A DNA stretch of 64,000 nucleotides from Oscillospiraceae bacterium (GCA_009783205.1 WRHO01000005.1:5886-69885); one strand, 5' to 3'. Positions 44,267 to 54,649 are shown, numbered from the stretch's first letter. Numbers and translations are program-made. The notes: generated by a model from the letters alone, not told the origin.

Positions 44267-45646
44267 ATGGATGAAATTATACTCTACTTAATTATGGCGG
44301 GAGTAATTGTACTTTTTGTGTTGTTTATGTGGATTCTTTCCCGATACAGAAAATGTCCGTCGGACAAAATCCTCGTAAAGTACGGTAAGGTCGGAACGGA
44401 CAAAGACGGACAGGCGCGGAGCGCGAAATGTATTCACGGCGGCGCGTCCTTCATTTGGCCGGTGATACAGTCCTTTCAATATATGGACTTGACCCCGATT
44501 TCCATTAACGTAGACCTACGTAATGCGCTTTCAAAGCAGAATATCCGCGTTAATGTACCGTCGAGATTCACGGTGGGCATATCGGTTGAACCGGGTGTAA
44601 TGCAAAACGCCGCAGAACGTCTTTTGGGGCTTAAAATGAGCGAGATACAAGACCTCGCGAGCGATATTATCCTCGGACAGCTCCGCTTAGTAATCGCGAC
44701 AATGGAGATTGAGGAAATTAACTCCAACCGAGATAAGTTTTTGGCAGAGATTTCGAGCAATGTCGAGGGTGAGCTTAAGAAAATCGGACTTCGCCTTATC
44801 AATGTAAACGTAACCGATATATCCGACGCGGCGGGATACATTGAGGCTTTGGGAAAAGAAGCGGCGGCAAAGGCTATTAACGACGCTAAAAAGTCGGTTG
44901 CCGAAAAAGACCGCGACGGTGCAATCGGCGAAGCACACGCACAACGCGACCAAAGGGTACAGGTTTCGAGCGCGAACGCAACGGCAATTGAGGGCGAAAA
45001 CGCCGCAAAGGTTCAGGTTGCACAGTCGGAGGCGCAACGTCGCGAAAAAGAAGCGGAGGCGTTGAAAATAGCTACGACGGCAGAAGCGGTTCAAGCAGCT
45101 AAAGCTAAGGAAGAATCGTATATTGCACAAAAACAAGCCGAGCAGGGGCGTGCCGAACTCGAACGGGCAACGCAACAGGCGGATATCATTATTAAAGCCG
45201 AAATCGAAAGGCAACAGGCGGTTATAGAAGCACAGGCACAAGCCGAGGTTGTCAGAGAAAAGGCGAAGGGTGAAGCCGACGCGGTATTCGCAAGAATGGA
45301 GGCACAGGCGAACGGCGCGAAGGAAATCCTTGTTAAACAGGCGGACGGAATGAAAGAGCTTGTACAAGCGGCGGGAACCGCGGAAGACGCGGTGAAGCTT
45401 ATTGTAGCCGATAAGCTCGAGGAACTCATGCGGGTACAGGTTGAGGCAATTAAAAACATCAAAATCGACAAGGTTACCGTATGGGATTCGGGGAACGATA
45501 CAGAAGGGAAAAGCTCGACCGCCAATTTTATCAGCGGGATGATGAAGGCGGTTCCGCCTTTAGGTGAAGTGTTTAAACAAGCGGGAATGGATTTACCGAA
45601 ATTTCTCGGCGAAGAACAACATGAACAAACAGAAAACAAATTATAA
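44267..45646 (+). CDS. floT: flotillin (SPFH-domain) protein
   Basis: An N-terminal TM, an SPFH domain and a long Ala/Glu/Gln-rich coiled-coil (the EA repeat region). Confidence 0.85.
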   Translation: MDEIILYLIMAGVIVLFVLFMWILSRYRKCPSDKILVKYGKVGTDKDGQARSAKCIHGGASFIWPVIQSFQYMDLTPISINVDLRNALSKQNIRVNVPSRFTVGISVEPGVMQNAAERLLGLKMSEIQDLASDIILGQLRLVIATMEIEEINSNRDKFLAEISSNVEGELKKIGLRLINVNVTDISDAAGYIEALGKEAAAKAINDAKKSVAEKDRDGAIGEAHAQRDQRVQVSSANATAIEGENAAKVQVAQSEAQRREKEAEALKIATTAEAVQAAKAKEESYIAQKQAEQGRAELERATQQADIIIKAEIERQQAVIEAQAQAEVVREKAKGEADAVFARMEAQANGAKEILVKQADGMKELVQAAGTAEDAVKLIVADKLEELMRVQVEAIKNIKIDKVTVWDSGNDTEGKSSTANFISGMMKAVPPLGEVFKQAGMDLPKFLGEEQHEQTENKL

Positions 45647-45706
45647 AGGGAACATCTAAATTAATAAGTAAAAATTAACAATTAAAGAAGGGAATTAAAA
45701 ATTAAA

Positions 45707-46576
45707 ATGAAAAAATTATTATCTCTCGCGTTAAGCTTAGTTATGTTGGTTATGTTATCGGCGTTGACCGCCTGTGGAGGTGAAAAAACCGCCGACCCGA
45801 TAATGAGCGACACAATGAACGGCTCAAAGGTCTTGGCTCTCTATGAAACGGCACACGGAAACGAATATACAATGGACGCGGATATATTAGGCGCGAAAAT
45901 GGCTATGATAAAAAAAGGCGAGAAAATCTTTGTTGAGATGGACATAATGGGTCATATAAAAGGAAAGATTTATGTAGTCGACGATGTAATCTATATCTTT
46001 AACGATAAAGATAATTCATACGTTACAAAAAACTCGAACCCCGAACAGCTTGAAAAAATCAACAAATTGTACGACAGCTATTTCGACGCAATGATTAGAA
46101 GGATTTTAGGCTCGACCCTTTCCGAAACGGGAAGAGGGGATTTTGAAGAATACAAAGACGTGTATTATGAAGAAATAAAAGACACGGACGGCAATATGAT
46201 GCGCTACTACTTTGAAGGCGACAATTTAATCGGCGTTTATATCAACGAATCCGGCTACGAAATGCCTTTCTTCGCGAGCGCGGTCGTCGACGATGACGCA
46301 TTCGCGCTCCCCGACGGCTACAAGGAAGCGACCGACATCTCGTTTGACGAACGCTTCAGAGAATTGTTCGGAGGGAACGCCGCAAATAATAACAACAACA
46401 ATGATGATGCCGCCAACGGCGTTGACGGCGTTGATATAGAAGACAATTATGACGATGTACCGGAAGCACTTGATGAAGACGACGCCGGCAATAACGGCGA
46501 GCCCGCAGGAAATGCAGACGATAATGACGCTGACGCCGACGATGATAACGATGCAGACGATGACAATAACGAATAA
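45707..46576 (+). CDS. lipoprotein with poly-Asn/Asp acidic tail
   Basis: Lipobox LSALTACGG. C-terminal NNNNNDDA...DDNDADADDDNDADDDNNE. Confidence 0.7.
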   Translation: MKKLLSLALSLVMLVMLSALTACGGEKTADPIMSDTMNGSKVLALYETAHGNEYTMDADILGAKMAMIKKGEKIFVEMDIMGHIKGKIYVVDDVIYIFNDKDNSYVTKNSNPEQLEKINKLYDSYFDAMIRRILGSTLSETGRGDFEEYKDVYYEEIKDTDGNMMRYYFEGDNLIGVYINESGYEMPFFASAVVDDDAFALPDGYKEATDISFDERFRELFGGNAANNNNNNDDAANGVDGVDIEDNYDDVPEALDEDDAGNNGEPAGNADDNDADADDDNDADDDNNE

Positions 46577-46607
46577 GATATGAATAAAATATGAAGGAAT
46601 AGAAAAT

Positions 46608-46636
46608 TTGTGGGGGCGCGTAAAGCGTCCCCACAA
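46608..46636 (+). terminator. terminator hairpin
   Basis: TTGTGGGGGCGC-GTAAA-GCGTCCCCACAA, a 12-bp stem with one G-U. The T-rich tract follows a few nt later. Confidence 0.5.
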
Positions 46637-46778
46637 CATATTGTGTTTTAGTAGAATCCACAAAAATATTTAATTTTTTTTAAGATTTTTGTTTACTTTT
46701 TTAGTTTTTTGTGTTATTATTAATGTAATTAGATATAACTCAATATAACTAACGCGGGAGAAAGGTGCTTTATAAACC

Positions 46779-48422
46779 ATGGAAGATTCGAGAATTTACT
46801 TACTTTTAGAAGAAATTGCAAATGAAATCAAATCCATTGAAAAGAAGAATCGCGAGCTTTACACCTCTGCAATTGATGTAGAAGATGAATCGGTTTCGAT
46901 AAAGGTTCAAGCGGAATCCTTTGCAACGCTCAGAAGGATGCGCGGGCTTAAATCCGCAATGGAGGTGTTTAAGTCCGAGCTCGAAAAAAGCGGAATCTTA
47001 AAAGGTTCTTCGGGCGTTTATATAAGTAATGAACACGGTTCAATCGGGTTTGGCGATACAAAAAAGACACAACCCGAAGCCGTGAGCGAACCCGCGCCTA
47101 AAATAAACACATATGAGGAATTTGAATACACACCCGAAGCAAAGCCCGCAACACCTCCCGGTGACCTTATAGAAAATCCCGTTAATTTTTACGAGTTGAA
47201 TGCGGAACCCGATTTTAACCCCGACTTTAACTCCGATTTTAACGATGAAGAGAGCGAGCCGTTGCCCGATTATATCGCGGCGGAAATTGAGAATGTCGGC
47301 GATATAATTAACGAGCTGAATAAAAGCATGGACGAGGGAAACGACGACGGTATTTCGGACGACGATTTCGCCGATTTGGTGAAGGTGTCCCTCGACAGTC
47401 TTGAGTTTGAACCCGAATTTGAGTTTGGGGTTCAAAAGGAACAGGAGCAGGAGCCGAAAACTCAAGCACAGGTATTCCCGCAAATTCAACCCGATGCAGA
47501 AGCGACAAGGGAAGCCGTTAATATAACCGAGGATTCGATTGAGTCACTCGAGGCGGTAATAGACACCGTCGAAGGCGCGCTCGAGGCAATTGAAGAGGAT
47601 AATCAAAACGAGGTAGAAAACAGCATTGAGGCCGCGCTCGGACAGTTGGGCGAATTTGGGCCGCGTGAGCTTCCGCGCGAAGAAAAGCCGCCCGTAACGC
47701 CGCCGACATTTGAACCGGTTTCTACGCCGCAACCGCGCCCCGATGTAATCCCGATTATCCCCGAGCCACAGGCGGCCGCGCCGACGTTTGAGCCGGTTTC
47801 AACGCCACAGCCGCCCGTAACGCCGCCGACATTTGAACCCGTTTCAACGCCACAGCCGCGCCCCGAGACAATACCGGTTATACCCGAACCGACTATACCG
47901 GAATTTAATGTACCGGAGTTTAGCACGCCCGAATTTTCGGAGCCTGCGTTTTCGCCACCCGAGGTTCAAATTCCGGAAATTCCCGCGCTTGATGATATTT
48001 CAAAGTTGACCGATAACGCAACCGGCGTTTCCGAAGCGGAAGATGACGATTTTTCGGGATTCACCGTTTCCGTTCCGGAGGTCGGGATATACAACAACAG
48101 AGTACCCGCCGGATTTGTTATGTTCGGGAGGCGTGTTGAGGTTCGCGATTGGTCGGATATGCTCGTAAAGGTTTGTGAGATACTTATTTTGAAAAATCCT
48201 TATACCGTGGCACAGTTTGATAAATACCACGATTTGAACCCGAGCGGAAATATTTATTTCAGCTATAATCGAACCGATATAAAGGATTCTCCGAGGAAGC
48301 TTTCTAACGGGCTGTGGATTGAACTGACGCGCACCAACGATGATGTCGTAATGTTATGCAAAAAATTGCTCGAGCTTTGCGGTTACCCGAGAAGCGATAT
48401 CGAAATTGAGTTTAAGGATTAG
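46779..48422 (+). CDS. hypothetical protein: coiled N-terminus, acidic and Pro-rich repeat linker, conserved-looking C-terminal globular domain
   Basis: 547 aa. Contains three copies of PTFEPVSTPQP(R)P. The C-terminal ~110 aa (VPAGFVMFGRRVEVRDWSDMLVKV...) is not low-complexity. No family recognised. Confidence 0.65.
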   Translation: MEDSRIYLLLEEIANEIKSIEKKNRELYTSAIDVEDESVSIKVQAESFATLRRMRGLKSAMEVFKSELEKSGILKGSSGVYISNEHGSIGFGDTKKTQPEAVSEPAPKINTYEEFEYTPEAKPATPPGDLIENPVNFYELNAEPDFNPDFNSDFNDEESEPLPDYIAAEIENVGDIINELNKSMDEGNDDGISDDDFADLVKVSLDSLEFEPEFEFGVQKEQEQEPKTQAQVFPQIQPDAEATREAVNITEDSIESLEAVIDTVEGALEAIEEDNQNEVENSIEAALGQLGEFGPRELPREEKPPVTPPTFEPVSTPQPRPDVIPIIPEPQAAAPTFEPVSTPQPPVTPPTFEPVSTPQPRPETIPVIPEPTIPEFNVPEFSTPEFSEPAFSPPEVQIPEIPALDDISKLTDNATGVSEAEDDDFSGFTVSVPEVGIYNNRVPAGFVMFGRRVEVRDWSDMLVKVCEILILKNPYTVAQFDKYHDLNPSGNIYFSYNRTDIKDSPRKLSNGLWIELTRTNDDVVMLCKKLLELCGYPRSDIEIEFKD

Positions 48423-48465
48423 CCTACAAGAGCTGAGCAAATAAAAGCCAAAAAGAGGTGATAGT

Positions 48466-49950
48466 ATGAAATCGGCGAAAAGCTTATCTATCATAGGAAT
48501 AGATTTTGGTACAACCAATACCGCCGTAGTCCGCATTGTACAAGATGACGGCGGTCGAATTCATACCGAGTATTTGGGCGAAAACGGGGTCGGGCCTTTT
48601 GCATCCGTTATAGCTATTCCTAAGGAAGGCGGAAAGCTTGTTTTCGGGAGAGAGGTTCGCGAACGAAGGCTCGAGCTTTCCGATACGCATTACATTATAT
48701 CCTCGCTCAAGACATACATAGGCTCGGACAAGGAGATTGTCTCCGGAAAAAATCGCTATTCGGGCGAGGACGTCACCTGTGCTTTTTTAAAATATCTGAG
48801 AAAAAATATACAAAAGAACTACAAACTTGATATTAAAGACGCGGCTTTGGCTTTTCCTGTCGATTTTTCGGCAAAAGCGAGACGCGCACTTAAAAGAGCC
48901 GCCGAAAAAGCGGGAATACGCCTTTCGGGGTTTTCTGTGGAATCTACCGCGGCTTATATAGCAAATCGCAATAATGAAGAAATATACAAGGCGTATCGAA
49001 GGGTGATGATAATAGACTGGGGCGGGGGGACTCTCGATATAAGCGTATTGGATTTACAGGGGACGAGGGTTTATGAAAACTCGGTTTACGGCGAAAGAAT
49101 CGGCGGAGACGACATAGATTTGGAGATAGCATATCGTATGCACGCGCGATTGTCCGCAAATTATGAGGTCGATTTAAGCTTTGACGAGATGGACGCGGGG
49201 AATAAGGATAAACTCATTTCCGCCTGTGAAAAAGCTAAGATAGGCTTCTCGTTCAGCGAGGAGGACGCCGTTATTGCCCTCAAAAAATACGGGCCGTTCG
49301 GCGATGCAGAGGTTACCCTTTCTTATTCGACATTTAAAGATATAGTTATACCTATAATAAAATCAAAGGCGTTAAAAGCAATAAGCAACGCCATGAAATC
49401 CGCACAGGTAAGCGCGTCGGGAATGGATGCGGTAATAATGGCGGGTGGAAGCTCCGGACTTAAGCCTTTTGCACACGCGGTAGCAAATATATTCGGGAGC
49501 GACAAGATTATACTCCCCGAGAACACGGCTTGGTCGGTAGCGGCGGGCGTCGCGCTCTTGACCGCAACCGAAGGCGAATATATGCTCAACGACGATTTGG
49601 GGGTTTTAATGTCGGACGGAACGGTTTATCCCGTTTTCAAAAAGAATAACGATTGTGTAGGGAGTAAAGCGGGGCCTATTAATTTCTCACTTACCGAGGA
49701 CACCCAAAACGCTCACTTTATATTCACGAACAAGGACAACACAATTGTTTACGGAAAGCTTAATATAAACGCAAAAGGTTTTTTACAGGAAAATATGCAG
49801 CTCGCCGCAAAAATTGACCAAGACCAAACCGCAACCGTATTTGTCAGAAACCGATATATGGGCGAGGATTATAATAAGAAAATCGAGATTAACAGGTTGA
49901 CGTTCTATTATGATTTAGCCGGATTACCGGAGGAAGCAGATGAATTCTAA
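48466..49950 (+). CDS. Hsp70-family ATPase lacking a canonical substrate-binding lid
   Basis: Phosphate-1 IGIDFGTTNTAV, phosphate-2 IIDWGGGTLDISVL and adenosine motif VIMAGGSSGLKPF. Only ~110 aa follow the nucleotide-binding domain. Confidence 0.85.
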   Translation: MKSAKSLSIIGIDFGTTNTAVVRIVQDDGGRIHTEYLGENGVGPFASVIAIPKEGGKLVFGREVRERRLELSDTHYIISSLKTYIGSDKEIVSGKNRYSGEDVTCAFLKYLRKNIQKNYKLDIKDAALAFPVDFSAKARRALKRAAEKAGIRLSGFSVESTAAYIANRNNEEIYKAYRRVMIIDWGGGTLDISVLDLQGTRVYENSVYGERIGGDDIDLEIAYRMHARLSANYEVDLSFDEMDAGNKDKLISACEKAKIGFSFSEEDAVIALKKYGPFGDAEVTLSYSTFKDIVIPIIKSKALKAISNAMKSAQVSASGMDAVIMAGGSSGLKPFAHAVANIFGSDKIILPENTAWSVAAGVALLTATEGEYMLNDDLGVLMSDGTVYPVFKKNNDCVGSKAGPINFSLTEDTQNAHFIFTNKDNTIVYGKLNINAKGFLQENMQLAAKIDQDQTATVFVRNRYMGEDYNKKIEINRLTFYYDLAGLPEEADEF

Positions 49951-51454
49951 TATAACAATCGCGCCGAATATATATGTTCGCTCGTCCGTAAATATTCAAG
50001 ATGACGACGAATTTGTAAAAAAGGTTTACGGTCATAAAGCGTTAAATATTTTAAAGTCACAATTCTCGAAGAATTACTCGTCAAAGCTTACCCGCGCCCA
50101 AATAGAAGAGATGAAACAAAACGTCATATGTCGTCACGGGAAAACGCGGGAATACGCTTACGGAATAGCGTTACAGGACGGCGATAAAATTGTTTGGTCG
50201 TGCCGCTGTGAGCATACCGACTGTTACGCATATGATAAGTGTATGAGTCTCCCTAACGCAATGAAGATTAAAAGGGGCGGCTTATCGGCGGAGGAAACGG
50301 ACAAAGACGGCTACGGCTTTGAAAATGAACAAGACGATGTGTTTGAACCCCCGCACGTTTCGGTCGTGCTTCCGATTTTAAATGAAGTGCTTAAAGGTGA
50401 CGATATGCAGGTGAAAAACGTGATACTCGCCGAAAACTTCGGAGTCGGCCCCGAATTTGACAATAAAAGGGTTTTGGTAATCTGTGAAACCCCTTGTGAA
50501 TTGGGGTATCTCTCTACGCTTTTATATAAGAATAGTGTTAAACACAGAACGCTTAAGTCGGAGGGGTATACGCTCCACCGTCGAATTGCCGATGTTTTTT
50601 GGGATTATTGTAAGGACACAATAGACAGAGATGCGTTCTTTAATCGCTGCATTGTTCGTTTGGGCGAATCCGACGCGGAGCTTTCGGCGTTTTACAACGC
50701 TTTGTTCAAGCTGTGCGGCGATACCGAAAACGATGTTTTGCAAATATCTAAATTGGCGGCGGCTCTCGATGAAGCACCACAGTTGATTTCTAAATGCGTG
50801 TTGAATATGGACGGGCGGTCTGAAGTCTTTCCGGTCACCGTGTCCGTTCTCGAAACGCTTAACGTAAAAGACGAGTATGATGAGGTTTATCTTCTCGAGG
50901 GGGAAAAGGTATCGGTCATGTCGTCCGCTTTAAGCGACCTCTTCGGCTCTCCGCCCGTGATTATTCAGAAAGAAACAAAGGCGGGGTGGTTATTTAACAA
51001 AAGCCCGTTGGGAAGACCCTACAGAATTAGTCAGGATAATTATAAAGGGGGACGGGGACAGCATTGTCTCAATGTAGAACTCGGACTTTGGTGGGATATA
51101 GACGGGAAAAGCTTTTTAAACGACCATATGGGGGACGCAATCCGCCTACAGCTTTATATAGCCGAAAAAATCAAAACGGGCGATGAGCTGACCGTCGAAA
51201 AGAACACGGATACGGGCGGCTATTGGTTTTATCACAACGGAAACATTCTCGGCGAAATACCCTCCGCGCTCATAAGAGAGGTTAGGGCTATCGAAGGCTT
51301 CCCCGACGGGTTCATGGGGTTCGAGGGGATTTATGTACGCAATATCGTAACCTGTATTTCCGATAAAGATGATTCGACGCTTCCGGCGAGGTTTAAGGAT
51401 TCGCGGGTTTGGCTCGGCTTAGACATTACCGGTTATGCAAAAGTTCTAATTTAA
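49940..51454 (+). CDS. hypothetical protein with Cys/His cluster, translationally coupled to the Hsp70-like gene
   Basis: 504 aa. Overlaps the upstream gene by 11 nt, with GGAGG 6 nt before the ATG. Cys/His cluster CRHGKT...WSCRCEHTDCYAYDKC. No family recognised. Confidence 0.65.
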   Translation: MNSNITIAPNIYVRSSVNIQDDDEFVKKVYGHKALNILKSQFSKNYSSKLTRAQIEEMKQNVICRHGKTREYAYGIALQDGDKIVWSCRCEHTDCYAYDKCMSLPNAMKIKRGGLSAEETDKDGYGFENEQDDVFEPPHVSVVLPILNEVLKGDDMQVKNVILAENFGVGPEFDNKRVLVICETPCELGYLSTLLYKNSVKHRTLKSEGYTLHRRIADVFWDYCKDTIDRDAFFNRCIVRLGESDAELSAFYNALFKLCGDTENDVLQISKLAAALDEAPQLISKCVLNMDGRSEVFPVTVSVLETLNVKDEYDEVYLLEGEKVSVMSSALSDLFGSPPVIIQKETKAGWLFNKSPLGRPYRISQDNYKGGRGQHCLNVELGLWWDIDGKSFLNDHMGDAIRLQLYIAEKIKTGDELTVEKNTDTGGYWFYHNGNILGEIPSALIREVRAIEGFPDGFMGFEGIYVRNIVTCISDKDDSTLPARFKDSRVWLGLDITGYAKVLI

Positions 51455-51547
51455 TATTTTTTAAAATATATTTTATTGTTGATATTGACAACCTTGACAT
51501 TATATGTTATTATAAAATTGAATTTGTATAGGGGACGCTTTTTAATT

Positions 51548-54500
51548 ATGATAATTATGAAAAATATGAATAAGGTTAAATCGTTTAAAAGAATCGTTTC
51601 TGTGGTTTTAGCGGGGGTTATTTTAACAACCTCCGGTATCGCGGGTTCAGACAATGTTTTTTCGTCTAAAGCCGCTTCATCGCGTAATCCCGACGATTTT
51701 CAAAGAATGTTGGATGAAGGAATGGAGCCGCAGACGGGGATAATGAGCGGTGCTATCCGTACCGACCTGTATCAGTATTACATAGGCGAACACGGAGACA
51801 ACCCCCGTCCCTCAAAAGAAATCGTAATAGATATGGCAAAATATACCGAAACCCGCCCCGACGAGGAGCTGGGTATAAAGCCCGTTTTCGAGGTGAAGAA
51901 AATTGACGCCGATAAATCGGACGGACAAAAAGCGGAGGATAAAGGCGACTGTCTCGTTTGGAAAAACGATTTGGGCGAGTTTGATTTTGAATTTGACGTA
52001 GCGGAGGCGGGGCTTTATAATCTTGAATTTTTATATCTGCCCGGGCAACCCGAGGACGGAAAGAATAATGCTGTTGAAATATCGCTCAAGCTTAACGGGG
52101 ATTATCCTTTTTCGGCGACCCGCGCTTTAGAGCTTGACAAATATTGGCAGAATAACGGCGTAATAGAAAAGATAAGGGGTCATGAACAGCTTCCTTTACA
52201 GGCGCAACGCAATATGTGGATTACATATCGCGTTAAGGATAAGGAAGGGTTGTTTAATAATCCCTATTTCTTTAATCTGAAAAAGGGAAAAAATGTAATA
52301 ACAATTTGCGGAGTAAAGGTCGGCGGAATCGCGTTTAAATCAATGACCTTCAAGAACTATCCCGAATTGCCGGCTTATGCGGACGTTAAACCCACCGCGG
52401 AGCAGATTAACGCCACACCTATGCTCAACGATAACGGAATAGGGAAAAACGATATTGATTCTACGACTATCCTCTTAAACGGACAAACCCCTTATTGGCG
52501 TTCGTCGCTCGAGTTGGGGCCGACCGCAGACAGAACCACATATTTGGTGAGTCCGAGTCACCCCGTTCATATGCGGTATAACACAATGGGCGGCAACAGC
52601 ACATGGCGCAAAGCGGGACAGGCGGCAACGTGGGAGTTTCTTGTCCCCGCGGACGGATATTACCGCTTTTCTGCAAAAATACGCCAAAACGGGCTGAGGG
52701 GGTTTAGGTCAAATCGGCGAGTTTTAATCAACGGTGAGGTTCCCGTTAAGGAGTTTGAGGCACAGAAATTCAGCTACAGCTCGAAATGGCAACAGCAGAG
52801 CTTTGTTGACGATAACGGCGAGGATATATATGTCTTTCTTGAAGAAGGGAGAAACTATATAACGCTCGAGGTTGTTCCCGGGGAAATCGGCGAATCTGTA
52901 CAAAGACTCGGTGATTACCTTTACACGCTTAACTATTTGTACCGACGCATACTTATGGTTGTCGGCCCGAACCCCGACGAATACAACGATTATCGGATTG
53001 ACGAACAAATCCCCGAGTTAATCCCCGAGTTTAAACGAATTATACAGGCGTTGCGCGATGAAAAAAAGACGGTTGAAAAGTATTCAATCGGAGGAGGCTC
53101 GGAAGCGGCGACCTTAGAAACATTAGCGGTTATTCTTGACCGATGCGTTAGAAATCCCGACAGAATCCCGCTCAGAATGAAAAGCCTTAAGGACAATATT
53201 TCGTCATTGTCGGCGTGGATAAGCGAGGCGAGTCGTCAACCGCTTGAGTTGGATTATGTTGAGATTGCGACCGTTCATGAGGAGTTCGGAAACGCTAAAT
53301 CGAGCTTTTTTTCACAACTGTTGTTCTTGTGGAACGGGTTTCTCGGCTCCTTCTTTGAGGATTTCACTAAAATCGACGACGAAGGCGATACAGATAACCT
53401 TACCGTATGGGTGGGCTTAGGGCGCGACCAAGCACTTGTATTAAAAAATCTTTTAGGCGATTATAACAGGGATAACGAAAGAAAATTAGCGGTTTCGTTA
53501 AATCTTGTGCAGGGCGGTATTCTTGAGGCGTCGTTAGCGGGCAAGGGCCCCGAGGTAGCGTTGTTCATAGGGGGCGACTTCCCCGTACAGCTCGCCGCGA
53601 GAGACATGACGGTTGATATATCGAAATTCGACGATTATCAAGAGATTGTAGATTCGAGGTTTGTCGAGTCTTTGCCCACCTTCTTTACTTATTTGGACGG
53701 CGTTTACGGCTTACCCTTGACACAGGTTTTCCCGATGATGTTTTACCGCGAGGACATACTGCACGATTTGGGAATAGAGCCGCCCGACACATGGGACGAG
53801 TTTATTGAGGCGATTGCGGTACTCAACCGCGCATTCCTCGAGATAGGGCTTCTCCCGCCGCTCAACCCCGCCGCATTGGGTAGTACGATTTTTGAGCCGG
53901 GCGAACCGTTCACAATGCTACAGCTTCAAACGGGGCAAAACTTCTACAGAATGAACGAGGACGGCTTGTACGACAGAACAACCTTTGATACCGAGGCGAG
54001 CATAGACGCCTTCACAACATGGACTAAATTTTACACGGTGTATCAATTCGAACAAACCTACGACCCGTTTACGCGTTTCAGAACGGGACAAATGCCGATT
54101 GTTATAATGCCGTATCCTTTCTTCAATCAGCTCAACGCCGCCGCGCCGGAAATACGCGGGTTGTGGAATTTCCGTCATGTGCCGGGAACGGAGCGGATTG
54201 ATGAAAACGGGGAGCCTTTTGTTGACATATCGGCTTCGAGCGGCGCGACCTGCGGCTTGATTTTCAAAAAAGCCCCCGACCATCAAGGGGCGTGGGAGTT
54301 TTTAAAATGGCTGACGTCGGACGATATTCAATCGCGGTTCGGTCAGAATATGGAGTCGATGTTAGGCCCGCTCGGAAGATATGAAACCGCAAATAAAAAC
54401 GCGCTCGAGAATTTAGCGTGGACGGCGGCACAGCTCAATCGTCTTACAACGCAAATGGACGCTTTGGTTGAGATTCCTATGATTCCCGCAAACTATTCGG

Positions 54501-54649
54501 TAACGCGGCATATAAAAAATGCGTTTAGGGCGGTGGTAAACGATAACTACATTCCGCGATTTGCGTTAAACAGCTATAACCGCGACATTAACTCCGAAAT
54601 AATCCGAAAGATTAAAGAATTAGACAGTCACGCTTGGGGCGGCGAATGA
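51548..54649 (+). CDS. membrane-anchored giant protein: N-terminal beta-rich (CBM-like) modules fused to a family-1 extracellular solute-binding domain
   Basis: Start moved to the ATG at 51548, ahead of the N-terminal TM (VVLAGVILTTSGIAG). The C-terminal ~450 aa (LTVWVGLGRDQALVLKNLL...) resemble sugar ABC binding proteins. A permease pair follows. Confidence 0.7.
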   Translation: MIIMKNMNKVKSFKRIVSVVLAGVILTTSGIAGSDNVFSSKAASSRNPDDFQRMLDEGMEPQTGIMSGAIRTDLYQYYIGEHGDNPRPSKEIVIDMAKYTETRPDEELGIKPVFEVKKIDADKSDGQKAEDKGDCLVWKNDLGEFDFEFDVAEAGLYNLEFLYLPGQPEDGKNNAVEISLKLNGDYPFSATRALELDKYWQNNGVIEKIRGHEQLPLQAQRNMWITYRVKDKEGLFNNPYFFNLKKGKNVITICGVKVGGIAFKSMTFKNYPELPAYADVKPTAEQINATPMLNDNGIGKNDIDSTTILLNGQTPYWRSSLELGPTADRTTYLVSPSHPVHMRYNTMGGNSTWRKAGQAATWEFLVPADGYYRFSAKIRQNGLRGFRSNRRVLINGEVPVKEFEAQKFSYSSKWQQQSFVDDNGEDIYVFLEEGRNYITLEVVPGEIGESVQRLGDYLYTLNYLYRRILMVVGPNPDEYNDYRIDEQIPELIPEFKRIIQALRDEKKTVEKYSIGGGSEAATLETLAVILDRCVRNPDRIPLRMKSLKDNISSLSAWISEASRQPLELDYVEIATVHEEFGNAKSSFFSQLLFLWNGFLGSFFEDFTKIDDEGDTDNLTVWVGLGRDQALVLKNLLGDYNRDNERKLAVSLNLVQGGILEASLAGKGPEVALFIGGDFPVQLAARDMTVDISKFDDYQEIVDSRFVESLPTFFTYLDGVYGLPLTQVFPMMFYREDILHDLGIEPPDTWDEFIEAIAVLNRAFLEIGLLPPLNPAALGSTIFEPGEPFTMLQLQTGQNFYRMNEDGLYDRTTFDTEASIDAFTTWTKFYTVYQFEQTYDPFTRFRTGQMPIVIMPYPFFNQLNAAAPEIRGLWNFRHVPGTERIDENGEPFVDISASSGATCGLIFKKAPDHQGAWEFLKWLTSDDIQSRFGQNMESMLGPLGRYETANKNALENLAWTAAQLNRLTTQMDALVEIPMIPANYSVTRHIKNAFRAVVNDNYIPRFALNSYNRDINSEIIRKIKELDSHAWGGE

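Noticed and set aside
44687-45639. Long minus-strand ORFs (226 aa and 182 aa) inside the flotillin gene
   Set aside because: They are antisense to the Ala/Glu/Gln-rich coiled-coil region, which keeps stop codons rare on the opposite strand. There are no start signals. The flotillin frame is clearly the real one.
51476-51547. 24-codon N-terminal extension of the giant binding-protein ORF
   Set aside because: It overlaps the promoter-like TTGACA/TATTAT region. The Met at 51548 (or 51557/51566) directly precedes the basic-hydrophobic membrane anchor.
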